Shown: positions 19,197-30,413 of the stretch, piece by piece
How positions within the stretch are numbered: the first letter of the stretch is position 1
How the letters are laid out: each line of letters starts with the position of its first letter
Source of the DNA: an uncultured Bacilli bacterium
GTDB lineage: Bacteria; Bacillota_I; Bacilli_A; RF39; UBA660
Assembly (NCBI GenBank): GCA_944358525.1
Contig: CALVRI010000001.1
Coordinates: 10,652 to 74,651, forward strand
DNA: 64,000 bases
Direction: 5' to 3'
Notes under the pieces: generated by a model
Seen by the model: only the letters and a program-made list of their open reading frames with translations
The model's database searches: none
What the model was told of the DNA's origin: nothing
Made by a program: the position numbers and the translations under genes

Positions 19197-22100
19197 TTAA
19201 TCCATTAGTTCTTGTTCTAGAGCCTCAAGTGGCTCTTCATTTAAAATTTCATTTTCTAAAGTATATTCGGCTTCACGATATTTCTTAGCTCCAGTACCAG
19301 CAGGTATTAATTTACCAATAATAACGTTTTCTTTTAAACCATTTAAGTGGTCTACTTTTCCATGAACAGCCGCATCAGTTAAGATTCTTGTTGTTTCTTG
19401 GAATGAAGCCGCTGATAAGAAACTTTCTGTTTCTAATGATGCTTTAGTAATACCAAGCAATACTGGTTTACCGGTTGCTGGTCGTTTTCCTTCTAAGATT
19501 AAGCCTTTATTTTCTTCAGTAAATTTATTAATATTTACCATAGTTCCTGGTAAGAATAATGAATCTCCTGAATCAACAATTCTAATCTTAGAAATCATTC
19601 TACGAGCCATAATTTCAACGTGTTTATCTGAAATATCAACACCTTGAGAACGATATACTTTTTGAATTTCAAATAAGATGTACTCTTGAACTGTGATTGG
19701 GTCAGTGACAACTAATAACTCTTTTGGTGAAATAGCACCATGAGTAAGTCTCCAGCCCGCTTTAACTTCTTCACCTTTTTCGACAGCAAGTTTTGCGCCG
19801 TAGTTAGAAGTGTGCTCACGAGTTTCAACATCATTTTTAACATATATTTTATAAGTTCCATTATCTTCTTCAATCTTAGATACAACACCATTGATTTCAG
19901 AGATAGTAGCTTTACCTTTAGGGTTACGAGCTTCAAATATTTCAGTAACACGTGGAAGACCTTGAGTAATATCATCTCCACCGGCAACTCCACCAGTGTT
20001 GAAGTTTCTCATGGTAAGCTGTGTACCAGGTTCACCGATTGATTGAGCGGCCATGATACCAACTGCTTCACCGATTTCAACTTCTGAACCAGTAGCTAAG
20101 TTACGTCCATAACATTTACGGCATACACCATGATCTGTTTTACATGTTAGTACACTTCTGATTGGAACTTTAGTAACTCCAGCTTTAATAATCTTTTCAG
20201 CAACTTGTTCAGTAATATATGTATCTTTATCGAATAATACTTCTTTAGTTTCTGGATGTAAGATTTTCTTATTAGTATATCTACCAACAATTCTATCTTC
20301 TAACGATTCAATTAATGTGCCATCTGTATTATAGAAGGCTTCAACTACAACACCTTGTTCGGTTCCACAGTCATCTTCCTTAACAATAACATCTTGAACG
20401 ACATCGACAAGTCTTCTTGTTAAGTAACCAGCATCGGCTGTTTTTAAGGCTGTATCAACGGCACCTTTACGAGTTCCGTGGGTAGATGTAAAGAATTCTG
20501 ATACGGTAACACCTTCTGATAATGAAGATAAAATTGGAATTTCAACATAATCACCATTTGGTTTACTCATGATACCACGCATACCAGCCATTTGTCCGTA
20601 TTGGTCAATAGATCCACGGGCTTTAGAATCAATCATCATAGTGATAGAAGATTCTGGGTTGGCTTTTAATCTTTGATCTAAGTCATCATAGATTTTTGCT
20701 TTAGCATCAAACCAAGTTTGAATTACATTATCATATCTTTCTTTATCAGTTATTAAACCACGTTTGAATTGTTTAGTGATTGTTTCAATTTTCTTATTAG
20801 CTTCCTCGATGATGTCTTTTTTAACTGGACTTTCTTGGATGTCATCAATTGAAATACTAATACCAGATAATGTTGAATATTTAAAACCTAAATCTTTAAT
20901 GGCATCAAGCATAACTGAAGTTTCAGTTGTGTGATAACGTTTATAGATCTGAGCAATTAATCTAACAATCGCACCTTTATTTAAGGCTTTAACAATAGGC
21001 ATTTTTTCAATTTCTTCTTTGATGTTTTTGCCTTTATCAATAAAGTATTTAGAAGGAGTGCATTTAACTGCATTATCAACACTACTATCATTTATATATT
21101 GGAATGTATCTGGGAAAACTTCATTAAAGATAATTTTACCAGGTGTAGTTACTAAATACTTATCCATGTATTTATCTGGAAATATTTTATGTTTAAATGA
21201 TTTTACAGGTAAGGCAATACGAGTGTGTAATGTAATTTCTCTTCTTTCGTAAGCCATAACTGCATCATCAGTATTTCTAAAGACTCTACCTTCACCTTCT
21301 AATCCGGCTTTTTCCATAGTTAGATAATAATTACCTAATACCATATCTTGTCCTGGAGTAGCGATTGGTGAACCATCTTTTGGAGATAGGATATTATTAG
21401 CACCTAACATTAAAAGTCTTGCTTCAGCTTGAGCTTCTTCACTGATTGGTACGTGAACAGCCATTTGGTCACCATCGAAGTCGGCATTGAAGGCTGGACA
21501 TACTAATGGATGAAGTCTGATTGCTTTACCTTCGATTAATTTTGGTTCAAAAGCTTGAATACCAAGTCTATGTAAGGTTGGAGCACGGTTAAGTAATACT
21601 GGGTGTTCTTTAATAACCTCTTCAACAATGTCCCATACACGTTCATCTTGATTTTCAATCATTCTTTTAGCCGCTTTAATATTGCTGGCAATTTCTTTAG
21701 AAACTAGTCCGTGAATAACATGTGGTTTAAATAATTCTAGAGCCATTTCTTTTGGAATACCACACTCATACATTTTAAGTGATGGTCCAACAACGATAAC
21801 TGAACGGCCTGAATAGTCAACACGTTTACCAAGTAAGTTTTGGCGGAAACGACCTTGTTTACCTTTTAACATACTTGATAATGATTTTAATGGTCTATTA
21901 CCAGGTCCGGTAATGTTTTTACCGCGGCGACCATTATCAAATAAGGCATCAACAGCTTCTTGTAACATTCTTTTTTCATTTTGAATGATAATAGAAGGGG
22001 CACCTAAATCAATTAATTTTTTAAGTCTATTATTACGGTTAATAACACGTCTATATAGATCGTTTAAATCAGAAGTGGCAAATCTACCACCATCTAGTTG

Positions 22101-22832
22101 AATCATTGGTCTAAGCTCTGGTGGAATAACTGGAAGGGCTGTTAAAATCATCCATTCTGGTCTATTTCCTGATTCTAAAAATGCATCTAAGACATCTAAT
22201 CTTTTAATTAAACGTATACGTTTTTGACTAGAGGAATCTTTGATTTCAGAAATTTCCTTCTTAATTTCGTCAACTTCTTTTTGCAAGTCAACTTCTTTTA
22301 ATAATTCTTGAATGGCTTCAGCACCCATACCAACTCTAAAGGTATTACCGTATTTTTCATAGTAAGTACGGTATTCTTTATCGCTGATGGTTTGTTTTTT
22401 CTCAAGTGGTGTGTCACCTGGATCTAGAACAACATATGATACAAAATATAATACTTCTTCTAGTTCTCTTGGTGACATATCAAGAACTAGCCCCATTCTT
22501 GATGGAACACCTTTGAAGAACCAGATATGAGATACTGGTGTAGCTAGTTCTATATGACCCATACGTTCGCGTCGAACCTTAGATTTAGTTACTTCAACAC
22601 CACAACGATCACAAATAATATTTTTATATCTTAATCTTTTATATTTTCCGCATGAACATTCAAAATCTTTAGTTGGTCCAAAAATTTTTTCACAAAATAA
22701 TCCGTCACGTTCTGGTTTTAAAGTTCTATAGTTCATGGTTTCAGCTTTTTTTACTTCACCATAAGACCATGAACGAATTTTTTCTGGTGAGGCAATGGCA
22801 ATTCTTATTCCTTCAAAACTATTTGCATCCAT
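19197..22832 (-). CDS. rpoC: DNA-directed RNA polymerase subunit beta'
   Basis: 1211 aa; zinc-binding CDRCGVEV, catalytic NADFDGD; start overlaps rpoB stop (TAATG). Confidence 0.97.
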   Translation of the reverse strand: MDANSFEGIRIAIASPEKIRSWSYGEVKKAETMNYRTLKPERDGLFCEKIFGPTKDFECSCGKYKRLRYKNIICDRCGVEVTKSKVRRERMGHIELATPVSHIWFFKGVPSRMGLVLDMSPRELEEVLYFVSYVVLDPGDTPLEKKQTISDKEYRTYYEKYGNTFRVGMGAEAIQELLKEVDLQKEVDEIKKEISEIKDSSSQKRIRLIKRLDVLDAFLESGNRPEWMILTALPVIPPELRPMIQLDGGRFATSDLNDLYRRVINRNNRLKKLIDLGAPSIIIQNEKRMLQEAVDALFDNGRRGKNITGPGNRPLKSLSSMLKGKQGRFRQNLLGKRVDYSGRSVIVVGPSLKMYECGIPKEMALELFKPHVIHGLVSKEIASNIKAAKRMIENQDERVWDIVEEVIKEHPVLLNRAPTLHRLGIQAFEPKLIEGKAIRLHPLVCPAFNADFDGDQMAVHVPISEEAQAEARLLMLGANNILSPKDGSPIATPGQDMVLGNYYLTMEKAGLEGEGRVFRNTDDAVMAYERREITLHTRIALPVKSFKHKIFPDKYMDKYLVTTPGKIIFNEVFPDTFQYINDSSVDNAVKCTPSKYFIDKGKNIKEEIEKMPIVKALNKGAIVRLIAQIYKRYHTTETSVMLDAIKDLGFKYSTLSGISISIDDIQESPVKKDIIEEANKKIETITKQFKRGLITDKERYDNVIQTWFDAKAKIYDDLDQRLKANPESSITMMIDSKARGSIDQYGQMAGMRGIMSKPNGDYVEIPILSSLSEGVTVSEFFTSTHGTRKGAVDTALKTADAGYLTRRLVDVVQDVIVKEDDCGTEQGVVVEAFYNTDGTLIESLEDRIVGRYTNKKILHPETKEVLFDKDTYITEQVAEKIIKAGVTKVPIRSVLTCKTDHGVCRKCYGRNLATGSEVEIGEAVGIMAAQSIGEPGTQLTMRNFNTGGVAGGDDITQGLPRVTEIFEARNPKGKATISEINGVVSKIEEDNGTYKIYVKNDVETREHTSNYGAKLAVEKGEEVKAGWRLTHGAISPKELLVVTDPITVQEYILFEIQKVYRSQGVDISDKHVEIMARRMISKIRIVDSGDSLFLPGTMVNINKFTEENKGLILEGKRPATGKPVLLGITKASLETESFLSAASFQETTRILTDAAVHGKVDHLNGLKENVIIGKLIPAGTGAKKYREAEYTLENEILNEEPLEALEQELMD

Positions 22833-25800
22833 TAATTATCCTCCCCTTCCAAATTTTTTAGATCTTCATCAGTTGGCTCTTTGTCTTCATCGCTATCTTC
22901 ATTTTCGTCGAATTCGCTTAATTCTTGTTCTAATTCACTAGGTTCTAGATGCCCTTGATTTTCTTGTGCTTCTTTTTCTTTTAAGATTTCGCTTTCTAAA
23001 TCAGTATCTGGAACATAAGTATCTTTTTCTGCTTCTTCAAGTTCTTTTAATTCAACATATTTGCCATCTTTATCTAAAACTGTAATGTCTAAACCTAAAG
23101 CTTGGAATTCTTTGATTACAACTCTAAAGCTTTCTGGAACACTTGGTTTAGGTAAATCTTCACCTTTAACTAAGGCTTCATAAACTTTAACACGTCCAGT
23201 TACATCATCTGATTTAACTGTCATCATTTCTTGTAAAATATGTGCGGCACCATAAGCATATAATGCCCAAACTTCCATTTCTCCGAAACGTTGACCACCA
23301 AACTGTGCTTTACCACCTAGAGGTTGCTGAGTGACTAATGAATATGGTCCGGTAGATCTTGCGTGTAATTTATCATCAACCATGTGGTCAAGTTTAATCA
23401 TGTACATAACTCCGACACTAATTCTATTATCGAATCTTTCGCCAGTTCTTCCATCATATAGCCACATTTTGCCATCTTTGTCTAGTCCTGCTTCTTCTAA
23501 AGCATCAATAATTTCATCTCTGGTGGCACCATCAAATACTGGAGTTGCAACATGGATGCCTAAAGTTTTAGCCGCCATTCCTAAGTGTAATTCTAAGATT
23601 TGTCCTAAATTCATACGAGATGGTACACCTAGTGGGTTAAGTAAAATATCAACTGTTCTTCCGTTTTTATCGTAAGGCATATCTTCTTCTGGGAGAACTA
23701 ATGAAACAACACCTTTGTTTCCGTGACGACCTGAAATTTTATCTCCAACACCAATTTTACGTTTTTGAGCAATATATACTCTAACCTTCTTACTAACACC
23801 AGCTGGTAGATCTTCACTATCTTCTTTAGTTAAAACTTGAACATCGTGAACAATTCCACCACCACCGTGTTGAACTCTTAAAGAGGTGTCTCTAACTTCT
23901 CTTGTTTTTTCACCAAAGATTGCATGTAATAATTTTTCTTCTGAAGTAAGTTCAGCCATACCTTTAGGGGTTACTTTACCAACTAAGATATCATCATCTT
24001 TAACTTCTGTACCAATTCTAATAATACCATTTTCATCTAGGTTTTTACGAGCTTCTTCTGAAACGTTAGGAATATCTCTAGTAAACTCTTCAGGTCCTAA
24101 TTTGGTGTCTCTACATTCAATTTCATAGTCTTTAATATGAATAGATGTGAATACATCATCATTAACTAATCTTTCATTTAAGATGACAGCATCTTCATAA
24201 TTATATCCGTCATAGTTTACAAAGGCAATTGTCAAGTTTTTACCTAAAGCCATTTCTCCTTGGTCAGTTGATGGACCATCAGCGATGACTTCGCCAACTT
24301 TAACCTTATCACCTTTTCTAACGATTGGTTTTTGATGATAGCATGTTCCCATGTTACTTCTTTCAAAACCTTCTAAGTAATATGTATCAGTACCTTTTGC
24401 ATTTTTAACAATAATTTTACGAGCATCGACATAGTCAACTACTCCATCAGCTTTAGCACATATTACAACTCCTGAATCTCTAGCAGCAATAGCTTCGATA
24501 CCAGTTCCAACATATGGAGCTTCAGCTTCAAGTAATGGTATTGCTTGACGTTGCATGTTAGCACCCATTAAAGCTCTTTTACCATCATCGTGTTCAAGGA
24601 ATGGAATTCCACTTGTTGTAATAGAAATTATTTGTTGTGGTGATACATCAACATAATCGATTTTTTCTTTTTCAATAATTAAATTATCATTTTGATATCT
24701 AACAGGAACTTTATCATCTAAGATGTTTCCTTCATCATCAGATTTAATGGTTGCTGGTGCTATATAGTATTCTAGTTCTTCATCAGCAGTCATATATTTT
24801 ATTTCATCAGTTAATTTATTGTTTACAACTTTACGATATGGAGTTGTGATAAAACCATATTCATTTACTTTGGCATAACTTGCCAAAGAAGTGATTAGTC
24901 CAATGTTAGGTCCTTCTGGAGATTCAACAGGGCAAAGTCTTCCATAGTGTGATGGATTAACGTCACGAACTTCCATTCCAGCTCTATCTTTAGAAAGTCC
25001 ACCAGGTCCTAATGAAGATAATCTTCTTTTATGAGTTAATTCAGCAATTGGATTAATTTGATCCATAAACTGTGATAATTGTGATGAACCAAAGAATTCT
25101 TTAATTGCTGCAGTTAATGGTCTAATGTTAATCAAACTCTTTGGAGTTACTTCTGCAACATCTTGAGTACTCATACGATCACGAACTACTCTTTCGATAC
25201 GGCTAATACCAATTCTGAATTGATTTTGAAGCAATTCTCCAACTTGTCTAACACGTCTATTTGACAAATGATCTATTTCATCAAATGATCCAATACCATC
25301 TAATAGATTTAGATAATATGAAAGTGATGCATAGATATCTGAAACAGTTAAACGTTTGATATCAATATTTTGGTCATTACCAATTATTCTGACAACTTTT
25401 TCTGGGTTTGTTTTAGAATATACTTTAATAATTTGAACATTGTTATAAGTGTCTAATTCATTATTAATTAAAGTTTCTTTTTTACCATAGCCTTCTTTAA
25501 ATACTGTTTTTAGTTTCGCTAGTAATTCTTTAGTGACAACATCACCATCTTTAGCGATTATTTCACCATTTACTTTTATATCTTCAGCTAATTTGCATCC
25601 TAAAAGTCTGTCGGTTATATTTAATTTTTTATTGAACTTATAACGTCCAACTTTAGCCAAATCATATCTAAATGCATCGAAGAATCTTGTTATTAATTGA
25701 TTTTTTGCACTTTCTAAAGTGCTTGGTTCCCCAGGTCTTAATTTTGAGTGAATGTCAATTAAGGCTTCATCGGTGTTCTTGTTTGTATCTTTTTCAATGG

Positions 25801-26470
25801 TTTTAATTAAATAATCATTATCACCAAACAAATCTAAAATATCACTATCGCTAGATAAGCCAATAGCTCTTAATAAAGTGGTGACTGGAACTTTTCTTGT
25901 TCTATCAATACGTACATAAATAATATCACGAGCATCAGTTTCAAACTCTAACCATGTACCTCTAGTTGGAATGATTTGAGCTCCAACTGTTACTTTACCA
26001 TTTTTCTTATCTATTTCTTTACCAAAATAAACAGATGGTGAACGTACTAATTGTGAGACAATAACACGTTCGGCACCATTAATAATAAAGGCCCCACTAT
26101 CAGTCATTATTGGCATGTCACCTAAATAGATTTCTTGCTCTTTAACTTCACCAGTTTCAACATTGAAAAGTCTTGCTTCTACTTTTAGTGGCGCAGCATA
26201 AGTAGAATAGCGTTCTTTACATTGTTTAATATTATGTCTTGGTTCATCAAAACTATATTCTCCGAATTCTAATGACAAATTACCAGTGAAACTCTCCACT
26301 GGAAAAACATCATCAAAGACTTCTTTAATACCCTCTGTAATAAACCATTCATATGATTTTTTTTGAATTTCTAATAAGTTGTTTAATTCAATTGCGTTTT
26401 TTGTTTTACCGTAATTTCTTCTCTCTCTTTTTTCGTTTATTTTTTGAATTTTGTATGCCAAGTATTTCAC
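22832..26470 (-). CDS. rpoB: DNA-directed RNA polymerase subunit beta
   Basis: 1212 aa with conserved rifampicin-cluster region and C-terminal acidic tail; gene order rplL-rpoB-rpoC. Confidence 0.97.
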   Translation of the reverse strand: MKYLAYKIQKINEKRERRNYGKTKNAIELNNLLEIQKKSYEWFITEGIKEVFDDVFPVESFTGNLSLEFGEYSFDEPRHNIKQCKERYSTYAAPLKVEARLFNVETGEVKEQEIYLGDMPIMTDSGAFIINGAERVIVSQLVRSPSVYFGKEIDKKNGKVTVGAQIIPTRGTWLEFETDARDIIYVRIDRTRKVPVTTLLRAIGLSSDSDILDLFGDNDYLIKTIEKDTNKNTDEALIDIHSKLRPGEPSTLESAKNQLITRFFDAFRYDLAKVGRYKFNKKLNITDRLLGCKLAEDIKVNGEIIAKDGDVVTKELLAKLKTVFKEGYGKKETLINNELDTYNNVQIIKVYSKTNPEKVVRIIGNDQNIDIKRLTVSDIYASLSYYLNLLDGIGSFDEIDHLSNRRVRQVGELLQNQFRIGISRIERVVRDRMSTQDVAEVTPKSLINIRPLTAAIKEFFGSSQLSQFMDQINPIAELTHKRRLSSLGPGGLSKDRAGMEVRDVNPSHYGRLCPVESPEGPNIGLITSLASYAKVNEYGFITTPYRKVVNNKLTDEIKYMTADEELEYYIAPATIKSDDEGNILDDKVPVRYQNDNLIIEKEKIDYVDVSPQQIISITTSGIPFLEHDDGKRALMGANMQRQAIPLLEAEAPYVGTGIEAIAARDSGVVICAKADGVVDYVDARKIIVKNAKGTDTYYLEGFERSNMGTCYHQKPIVRKGDKVKVGEVIADGPSTDQGEMALGKNLTIAFVNYDGYNYEDAVILNERLVNDDVFTSIHIKDYEIECRDTKLGPEEFTRDIPNVSEEARKNLDENGIIRIGTEVKDDDILVGKVTPKGMAELTSEEKLLHAIFGEKTREVRDTSLRVQHGGGGIVHDVQVLTKEDSEDLPAGVSKKVRVYIAQKRKIGVGDKISGRHGNKGVVSLVLPEEDMPYDKNGRTVDILLNPLGVPSRMNLGQILELHLGMAAKTLGIHVATPVFDGATRDEIIDALEEAGLDKDGKMWLYDGRTGERFDNRISVGVMYMIKLDHMVDDKLHARSTGPYSLVTQQPLGGKAQFGGQRFGEMEVWALYAYGAAHILQEMMTVKSDDVTGRVKVYEALVKGEDLPKPSVPESFRVVIKEFQALGLDITVLDKDGKYVELKELEEAEKDTYVPDTDLESEILKEKEAQENQGHLEPSELEQELSEFDENEDSDEDKEPTDEDLKNLEGEDN

Positions 26471-26556
26471 CCCTATAAACTAGTTTTTAGATTTTTCATG
26501 TCTCTTCAAGAGTACATGTCGCCAATATATAATTATAAAGGTTTTACCTTAAAAAG

Positions 26557-27141
26557 TCAACGTTTTTTAGCGCATATTATATAAAAACCTTTATTTTTTG
26601 TTACTATGGTTACATCATAAGTTTGTTCTAGGTCTTTTGCCAGTGTTTTTGCACCTTGATTTTTATTTATGACAAGCCATAGTTCTCCATTTTCTTTTAA
26701 ATGATTTTCAGCATCAAATAAAATTTCATAAAGCAGTTTTTTCCCAACCCTAATTGGAGGATTAGTTATGATAAAATTATATTTTTCACTTATATTTTCG
26801 TAGATATTGCTTTCAAATACGTTTACGTTTACATCATTTAATTTGGCATTTCTTTTGGCTAATGCAAGGGCTCTTTTATTGATATCTATCATATCTACGT
26901 TTGCTTTAGTAATTTTATTTATATATATACCAATTGGTCCATAACCACACCCAAAGTCTAGTACATTACCTTTTATTTTTTTTATATCGATATTTTCCAG
27001 AAGAGTCCTAGTACCAAAGTCTAAGCCTTTTTTGGAAAATATCCCATTATCTACAATGAATTTTAATTTTAGGTTATTTATGATAACATCAATTTCATGT
27101 TCATTACTTTTGACATGGTCGTTTGTAAAATAATGTGACAT
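26557..27141 (-). CDS. class I SAM-dependent methyltransferase (YbxB/RsmC-like small methyltransferase)
   Basis: GxGxG-like SAM motif LDFGCGYGPIG and catalytic ITNPPI (NPPx) motif; located between rplL and rpoB as ybxB is in Bacillus. Confidence 0.75.
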   Translation of the reverse strand: MSHYFTNDHVKSNEHEIDVIINNLKLKFIVDNGIFSKKGLDFGTRTLLENIDIKKIKGNVLDFGCGYGPIGIYINKITKANVDMIDINKRALALAKRNAKLNDVNVNVFESNIYENISEKYNFIITNPPIRVGKKLLYEILFDAENHLKENGELWLVINKNQGAKTLAKDLEQTYDVTIVTKNKGFYIICAKKR

Positions 27142-27168
27142 TTTCTCTCCTTTTATTAAATGGGCAAA

Positions 27169-27196
27169 GCCTACACTATACTAGGATAGTGCAGGC
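27169..27196 (-). terminator. hairpin terminator after rplL (11-bp stem, one mismatch)
   Basis: GCCTACACTAT-actagg-ATAGTGCAGGC 12 nt after the rplL stop, with A/T runs on both flanks; classical position of the rplL-rpoB attenuating terminator. Confidence 0.45.
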
Positions 27197-27207
27197 TCTT
27201 TTTTTAA

Positions 27208-27576
27208 TTATTTAACTTCAACTGTTGCGCCAGCTTCTTCAAATTTAGCTTTTAATTCATCTGCTTCTGAAGTTGGAATATTTTCTTTAATAGCTCCACC
27301 ATTATCAGCTATATCTTTAGCTTCTTTTAATCCTAATCCAGTAATTTCTTTAATTAATTTGATAACTGGTAATTTATTAGGTCCAGCTGATGTTAATGTT
27401 ACTGTAACAGTGCTTGGTCCAGCAGCTTCTTCAGAAGCAGCAGGTGCAGCAGCGACAGCTACAGCGCTTGGATCAACACCAAATTCCTCCTTCATAGCAT
27501 CTACTAATTCCATAACTTCAAGCATAGTCATTTCTTTTAAACTAGCGATAAATTCATCTTTATTGATTTTTGCCAT
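27208..27576 (-). CDS. rplL: 50S ribosomal protein L7/L12
   Basis: 122 aa with Ala-rich hinge and C-terminal GLGLKEAKD...KEAGA...EVK. Confidence 0.95.
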   Translation of the reverse strand: MAKINKDEFIASLKEMTMLEVMELVDAMKEEFGVDPSAVAVAAAPAASEEAAGPSTVTVTLTSAGPNKLPVIKLIKEITGLGLKEAKDIADNGGAIKENIPTSEADELKAKFEEAGATVEVK

Positions 27577-27592
27577 TTATAATCATTCCTTT

Positions 27593-28102
27593 CTAATTTT
27601 CTTTCTTTTCTAAATCTTGTCTATATAAATCTAGGCATATAGATAAACTCTTAAGTGGGTAGATAAGTCCACTTGCAAGCATTGTAAGCAATCCATCTCT
27701 TGATGGTAATTTTGATAATTCAGACAACTTAGCTTCATCGGTTTTTTCACCATCAATTAAACCGACTTTAACAACTAATGCTGGATGTTTTTTTGCAAAG
27801 TCATATAAAACTTTGACTGGAGCTACAGCATCTGTTCCAAAAGCAATAGCTTTAGGTCCCTTTAAATCTTCGTTTAAATCTATTTTTAATGTATCAAATG
27901 CTCTTTTAACTAAGGTGTTTTTATAGATTTTTAACTCTGATTCACTTTCTCTTAAGTTTCTTCTTAGTTCATTTGTTTCATCAACAGTTAATCCTTGATA
28001 TTCGAATAAAACAGTTGCAGAAGCATTTTTAGTTTTTTCAGCAATTTCATCGATGATTTTTTGCTTTTTATCTAAGATTTTTTGATTAGCCAATTCTAGC
28101 AC
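27593..28102 (-). CDS. rplJ: 50S ribosomal protein L10 (true start probably TTG at ~28093, preceded by AGAGGTG RBS)
   Basis: L10 fold and position upstream of rplL; the GTG ORF start lies inside the RBS, so the TTG 9 nt downstream is the more plausible start. Confidence 0.9.
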   Translation of the reverse strand: MLELANQKILDKKQKIIDEIAEKTKNASATVLFEYQGLTVDETNELRRNLRESESELKIYKNTLVKRAFDTLKIDLNEDLKGPKAIAFGTDAVAPVKVLYDFAKKHPALVVKVGLIDGEKTDEAKLSELSKLPSRDGLLTMLASGLIYPLKSLSICLDLYRQDLEKKEN

Positions 28103-28253
28103 CTCTCTTTCTTTTGCCGTGAATTAAAAAAGCTCTGGATATTATGCCAGAGCTAAAAGACTTTATTAAATGTCTCGGTAGGAAATTAAGCTTCTAGGCA
28201 CCTACTGTCTACGGCATAATTAAACTTACGAATTCATTATATCATAGCTTTTA
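28103..28253 (-). promoter_or_regulatory. rplJL leader (L10 leader-like RNA) with attenuator hairpin AGCTCTGG-atattatg-CCAGAGCT + U6 at 28126-28154
   Basis: 150-nt untranslated region between rplA and rplJ containing GCCGUAGACAGUAGGUGCC-like motif and a perfect 8-bp terminator/antiterminator stem followed by UUUUUU just before the rplJ RBS. Confidence 0.5.
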
Positions 28254-28949
28254 TTAATTGTCAAAGCTAGATGGGTCAACTTTAATACCAGGTCCCATAG
28301 TTGCTGATAGGGAAATGTTTTTAACATATGTTCCCTTAACAACACTTGGTTTAGATTTGATAATTAAAGTAACAAAGGTTTTTAAATTATCAACTAAATC
28401 TTCATCACTAAATGAAACTTTACCAATTAAGGCATGTACATTACCGAATGAATCAGTTCTATACTCTACTCTACCTTTTTTAACTTCTTCAACAGCTTTT
28501 TTGGTGTCCATTGTAACGGTACCAGTTTTAGGGTTTGGCATTAAGCCTTTTGGACCTAAGATACGTCCAATTTTACCTAAAGCAGGCATCATATCTGGTG
28601 TAGCAATTAAGCTATCAAAATCAAACCAATTTTCTTTTTGAATCTTTTCGATCACGTCGGTGTCTCCAACATAATCTGCTCCAGCTTCTTTGGCAGCTTT
28701 AGCGGCATCACCTTTAGCGATAACTAAAACTTTCTTTGTTTTACCAGTTCCATGTGGTAAAACTACTGCTCCTCTTAATTGTTGGTCAGCTTTTTTAGTA
28801 TCTAGGTTTAAGTGCATAGCTACTTCTACTGAAGCATCAAAACTAGTATAAGAAGTTTCTTTAACAAGTTTTACAGCTTCTTCTTTAGTGTAAAGCTTGT
28901 TTTTGTCAAGTTTTTGAGCCTCGGCTAAATATTTTTTACCTTTTTTCAT
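28254..28949 (-). CDS. rplA: 50S ribosomal protein L1
   Basis: L1 sequence beginning [12 protein letters not shown]; ORF is extended upstream by a GTG, and the internal ATG is preceded by a GGAGG RBS. Confidence 0.93.
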   Translation of the reverse strand: MKKGKKYLAEAQKLDKNKLYTKEEAVKLVKETSYTSFDASVEVAMHLNLDTKKADQQLRGAVVLPHGTGKTKKVLVIAKGDAAKAAKEAGADYVGDTDVIEKIQKENWFDFDSLIATPDMMPALGKIGRILGPKGLMPNPKTGTVTMDTKKAVEEVKKGRVEYRTDSFGNVHALIGKVSFSDEDLVDNLKTFVTLIIKSKPSVVKGTYVKNISLSATMGPGIKVDPSSFDN

Positions 28950-29005
28950 ATTTCTTACCTCCTTGTGGTTTTTGCGGATTATTCCTCCCACATAGCATGG
29001 GTTTT

Positions 29006-29449
29006 TTAGTCTTCAACTTTAACACCCATATTTAAAGCTGTACCTTCGATAATCTTCATTGCGTCTTCGACAGTGTAACAGTTTAAATCTGGAAGTTTAG
29101 TTTCAGCAATTTCTCTTAATTTATCTTTAGATAGGGTTGCAACAGTTTCATTTTTACCATTAACTGAGCCTTTTTTGATGCCACAAGCTTTTTTAATTAA
29201 GAAAGCAGCAGGTGGAGTTTTAACAACAAAGCTAAAACTTCTATCTTCATTAACAGTAATTTCAACTGGTAAAATATCTCCCATCTTATCTCTTGTTGCT
29301 TCGTTAAATTGATTACAAAAATCTCCTAAATTGATTCCTGCAGGTCCTAAAGCAGTACCAACTGGTGGTGCTGGTGTTGCTTTTCCAGCAGCAATTTGAA
29401 TTTTGATTTTTTTAACTTTACTATTTGCATCTTTTGCCACGAAAAACAC
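29006..29449 (-). CDS. rplK: 50S ribosomal protein L11
   Basis: [28 protein letters not shown]11 N-terminal domain; gene order rplK-rplA. Confidence 0.93.
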   Translation of the reverse strand: MFFVAKDANSKVKKIKIQIAAGKATPAPPVGTALGPAGINLGDFCNQFNEATRDKMGDILPVEITVNEDRSFSFVVKTPPAAFLIKKACGIKKGSVNGKNETVATLSKDKLREIAETKLPDLNCYTVEDAMKIIEGTALNMGVKVED

Positions 29450-29578
29450 CTCCTAATAATTTTTTTCGTGGGTGGTTCCAATGATTATCCGCTTCATCTC
29501 ATTTGGTAATCTCCCACTTTTTCTATATCAAAAATAATATAGCATGTTAATAGTATCACAAATTTTTCTTTTTGTAAA
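29450..29578 (-). promoter_or_regulatory. rplKA promoter (-35 TTTACA 29573-29578, -10 TACTAT 29550-29555) and L1-binding autoregulatory leader
   Basis: Leader contains GGGAGAUUACCAAAUGAGAUGAAGCGGAUAAUCAUUGGAACCACCCAC, resembling the 23S L1-stalk mimic used for L1 autoregulation in Firmicutes. Confidence 0.5.
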
Positions 29579-30103
29579 CTAGGCTTTTGAGATTTGTGAT
29601 AGTTCTAATTCGACAATGGTTTCTTGACCAAATAAATCTATTGCTACTTCCAATTTAGCTTCTTTTAGGTTAACTGATTTGATGACACCGAACATACCCT
29701 CAAATGGTCCAGAGATAACTTTGACTTTTTCACCTTCTTTAAGGTCACTTTCAGCATCTAATCTGCTCATGCCCATTGAACCTAAAATTTTGTCAACTTC
29801 AGCTGGTGTTAATGGGAATGGTTTTGCACCTTTACCAGATGATCCGATAAAGCCCGTAACACCTGGAGTATTTCTAACAATAAACCAAGCTTCATCTGTC
29901 ATGACCATTTCAACTAAAATATAACCTGGGAAAAGTTTAACTTTTTTTTCTTTTCCATTTGCATCTACAACAGTTTCTTCTGGGACAACTACTCTTAAAA
30001 TATAGTCTTCCATACCCATGGAATTTGCACGCATTTCTAATTTTTCTTTTACTTTATTCTCATGACCAGAATAAGTATTTACTACATACCATTCTTTTTC
30101 CAT
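29579..30103 (-). CDS. nusG: transcription termination/antitermination factor NusG
   Basis: NGN domain (WYVVNTYSGHENKV) and C-terminal KOW (GEKVKVISGPFEGMFGVI). Confidence 0.93.
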   Translation of the reverse strand: MEKEWYVVNTYSGHENKVKEKLEMRANSMGMEDYILRVVVPEETVVDANGKEKKVKLFPGYILVEMVMTDEAWFIVRNTPGVTGFIGSSGKGAKPFPLTPAEVDKILGSMGMSRLDAESDLKEGEKVKVISGPFEGMFGVIKSVNLKEAKLEVAIDLFGQETIVELELSQISKA

Positions 30104-30106
30104 TAA

Positions 30107-30301
30107 TTACCCCTCCAACAAAGTTCTCACAGCAGCAATGATAACATCTGATAGCATAAAGAATAATGCGAATACAATAATGCATACTAAAACGGCTACT
30201 GAATATTTGAACATTTCTTTTTTCTTTGGCCATCTTACCTTTTTGAATTCTGAGCGAATACCTGATACTTTTTTTTCTTTCTTTTTGGCTTTTTTTGCCA
30301 T
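30107..30301 (-). CDS. secE: preprotein translocase subunit SecE
   Basis: Lys-rich N-terminus, KKVRWP motif and single TM; ATG at 30301 preceded by AGGTGA (ORF-finder start is an upstream GTG). Confidence 0.85.
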   Translation of the reverse strand: MAKKAKKKEKKVSGIRSEFKKVRWPKKKEMFKYSVAVLVCIIVFALFFMLSDVIIAAVRTLLEG

Positions 30302-30366
30302 ACATTTCACCTACTTTTAATTCTATGTTTTTTCATAATAAAAAACACTTTTTTGTGTTCACTAAT

Positions 30367-30395
30367 AAAGTATCACATAAAGTGTTTGTTGTCAA
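30367..30395 (-). promoter_or_regulatory. candidate secE-nusG promoter (-35 TTGACA, weak -10 TACTTT) plus weak hairpin/U-tract
   Basis: Minus strand TTGACAacaaacactttatgtgaTACTTTATTA; followed by AACAC-aaaaaa-GTGTT + UUUUUU (5-bp stem only). Confidence 0.3.
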
Positions 30396-30413
30396 TATAT
30401 TTTGGAGAAAAAC

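Noticed and set aside
30060-30305. 81-aa minus-strand ORF overlapping nusG 5' end and secE in another frame
   Set aside because: It is an alternative frame of two well-supported genes. No independent evidence.
30311-30413. Expected rpmG (L33) gene upstream of secE
   Set aside because: Translation of the minus strand gives only a 9-codon ORF (MKKHRIKSR). No L33-like Cys-rich small protein is encoded here.
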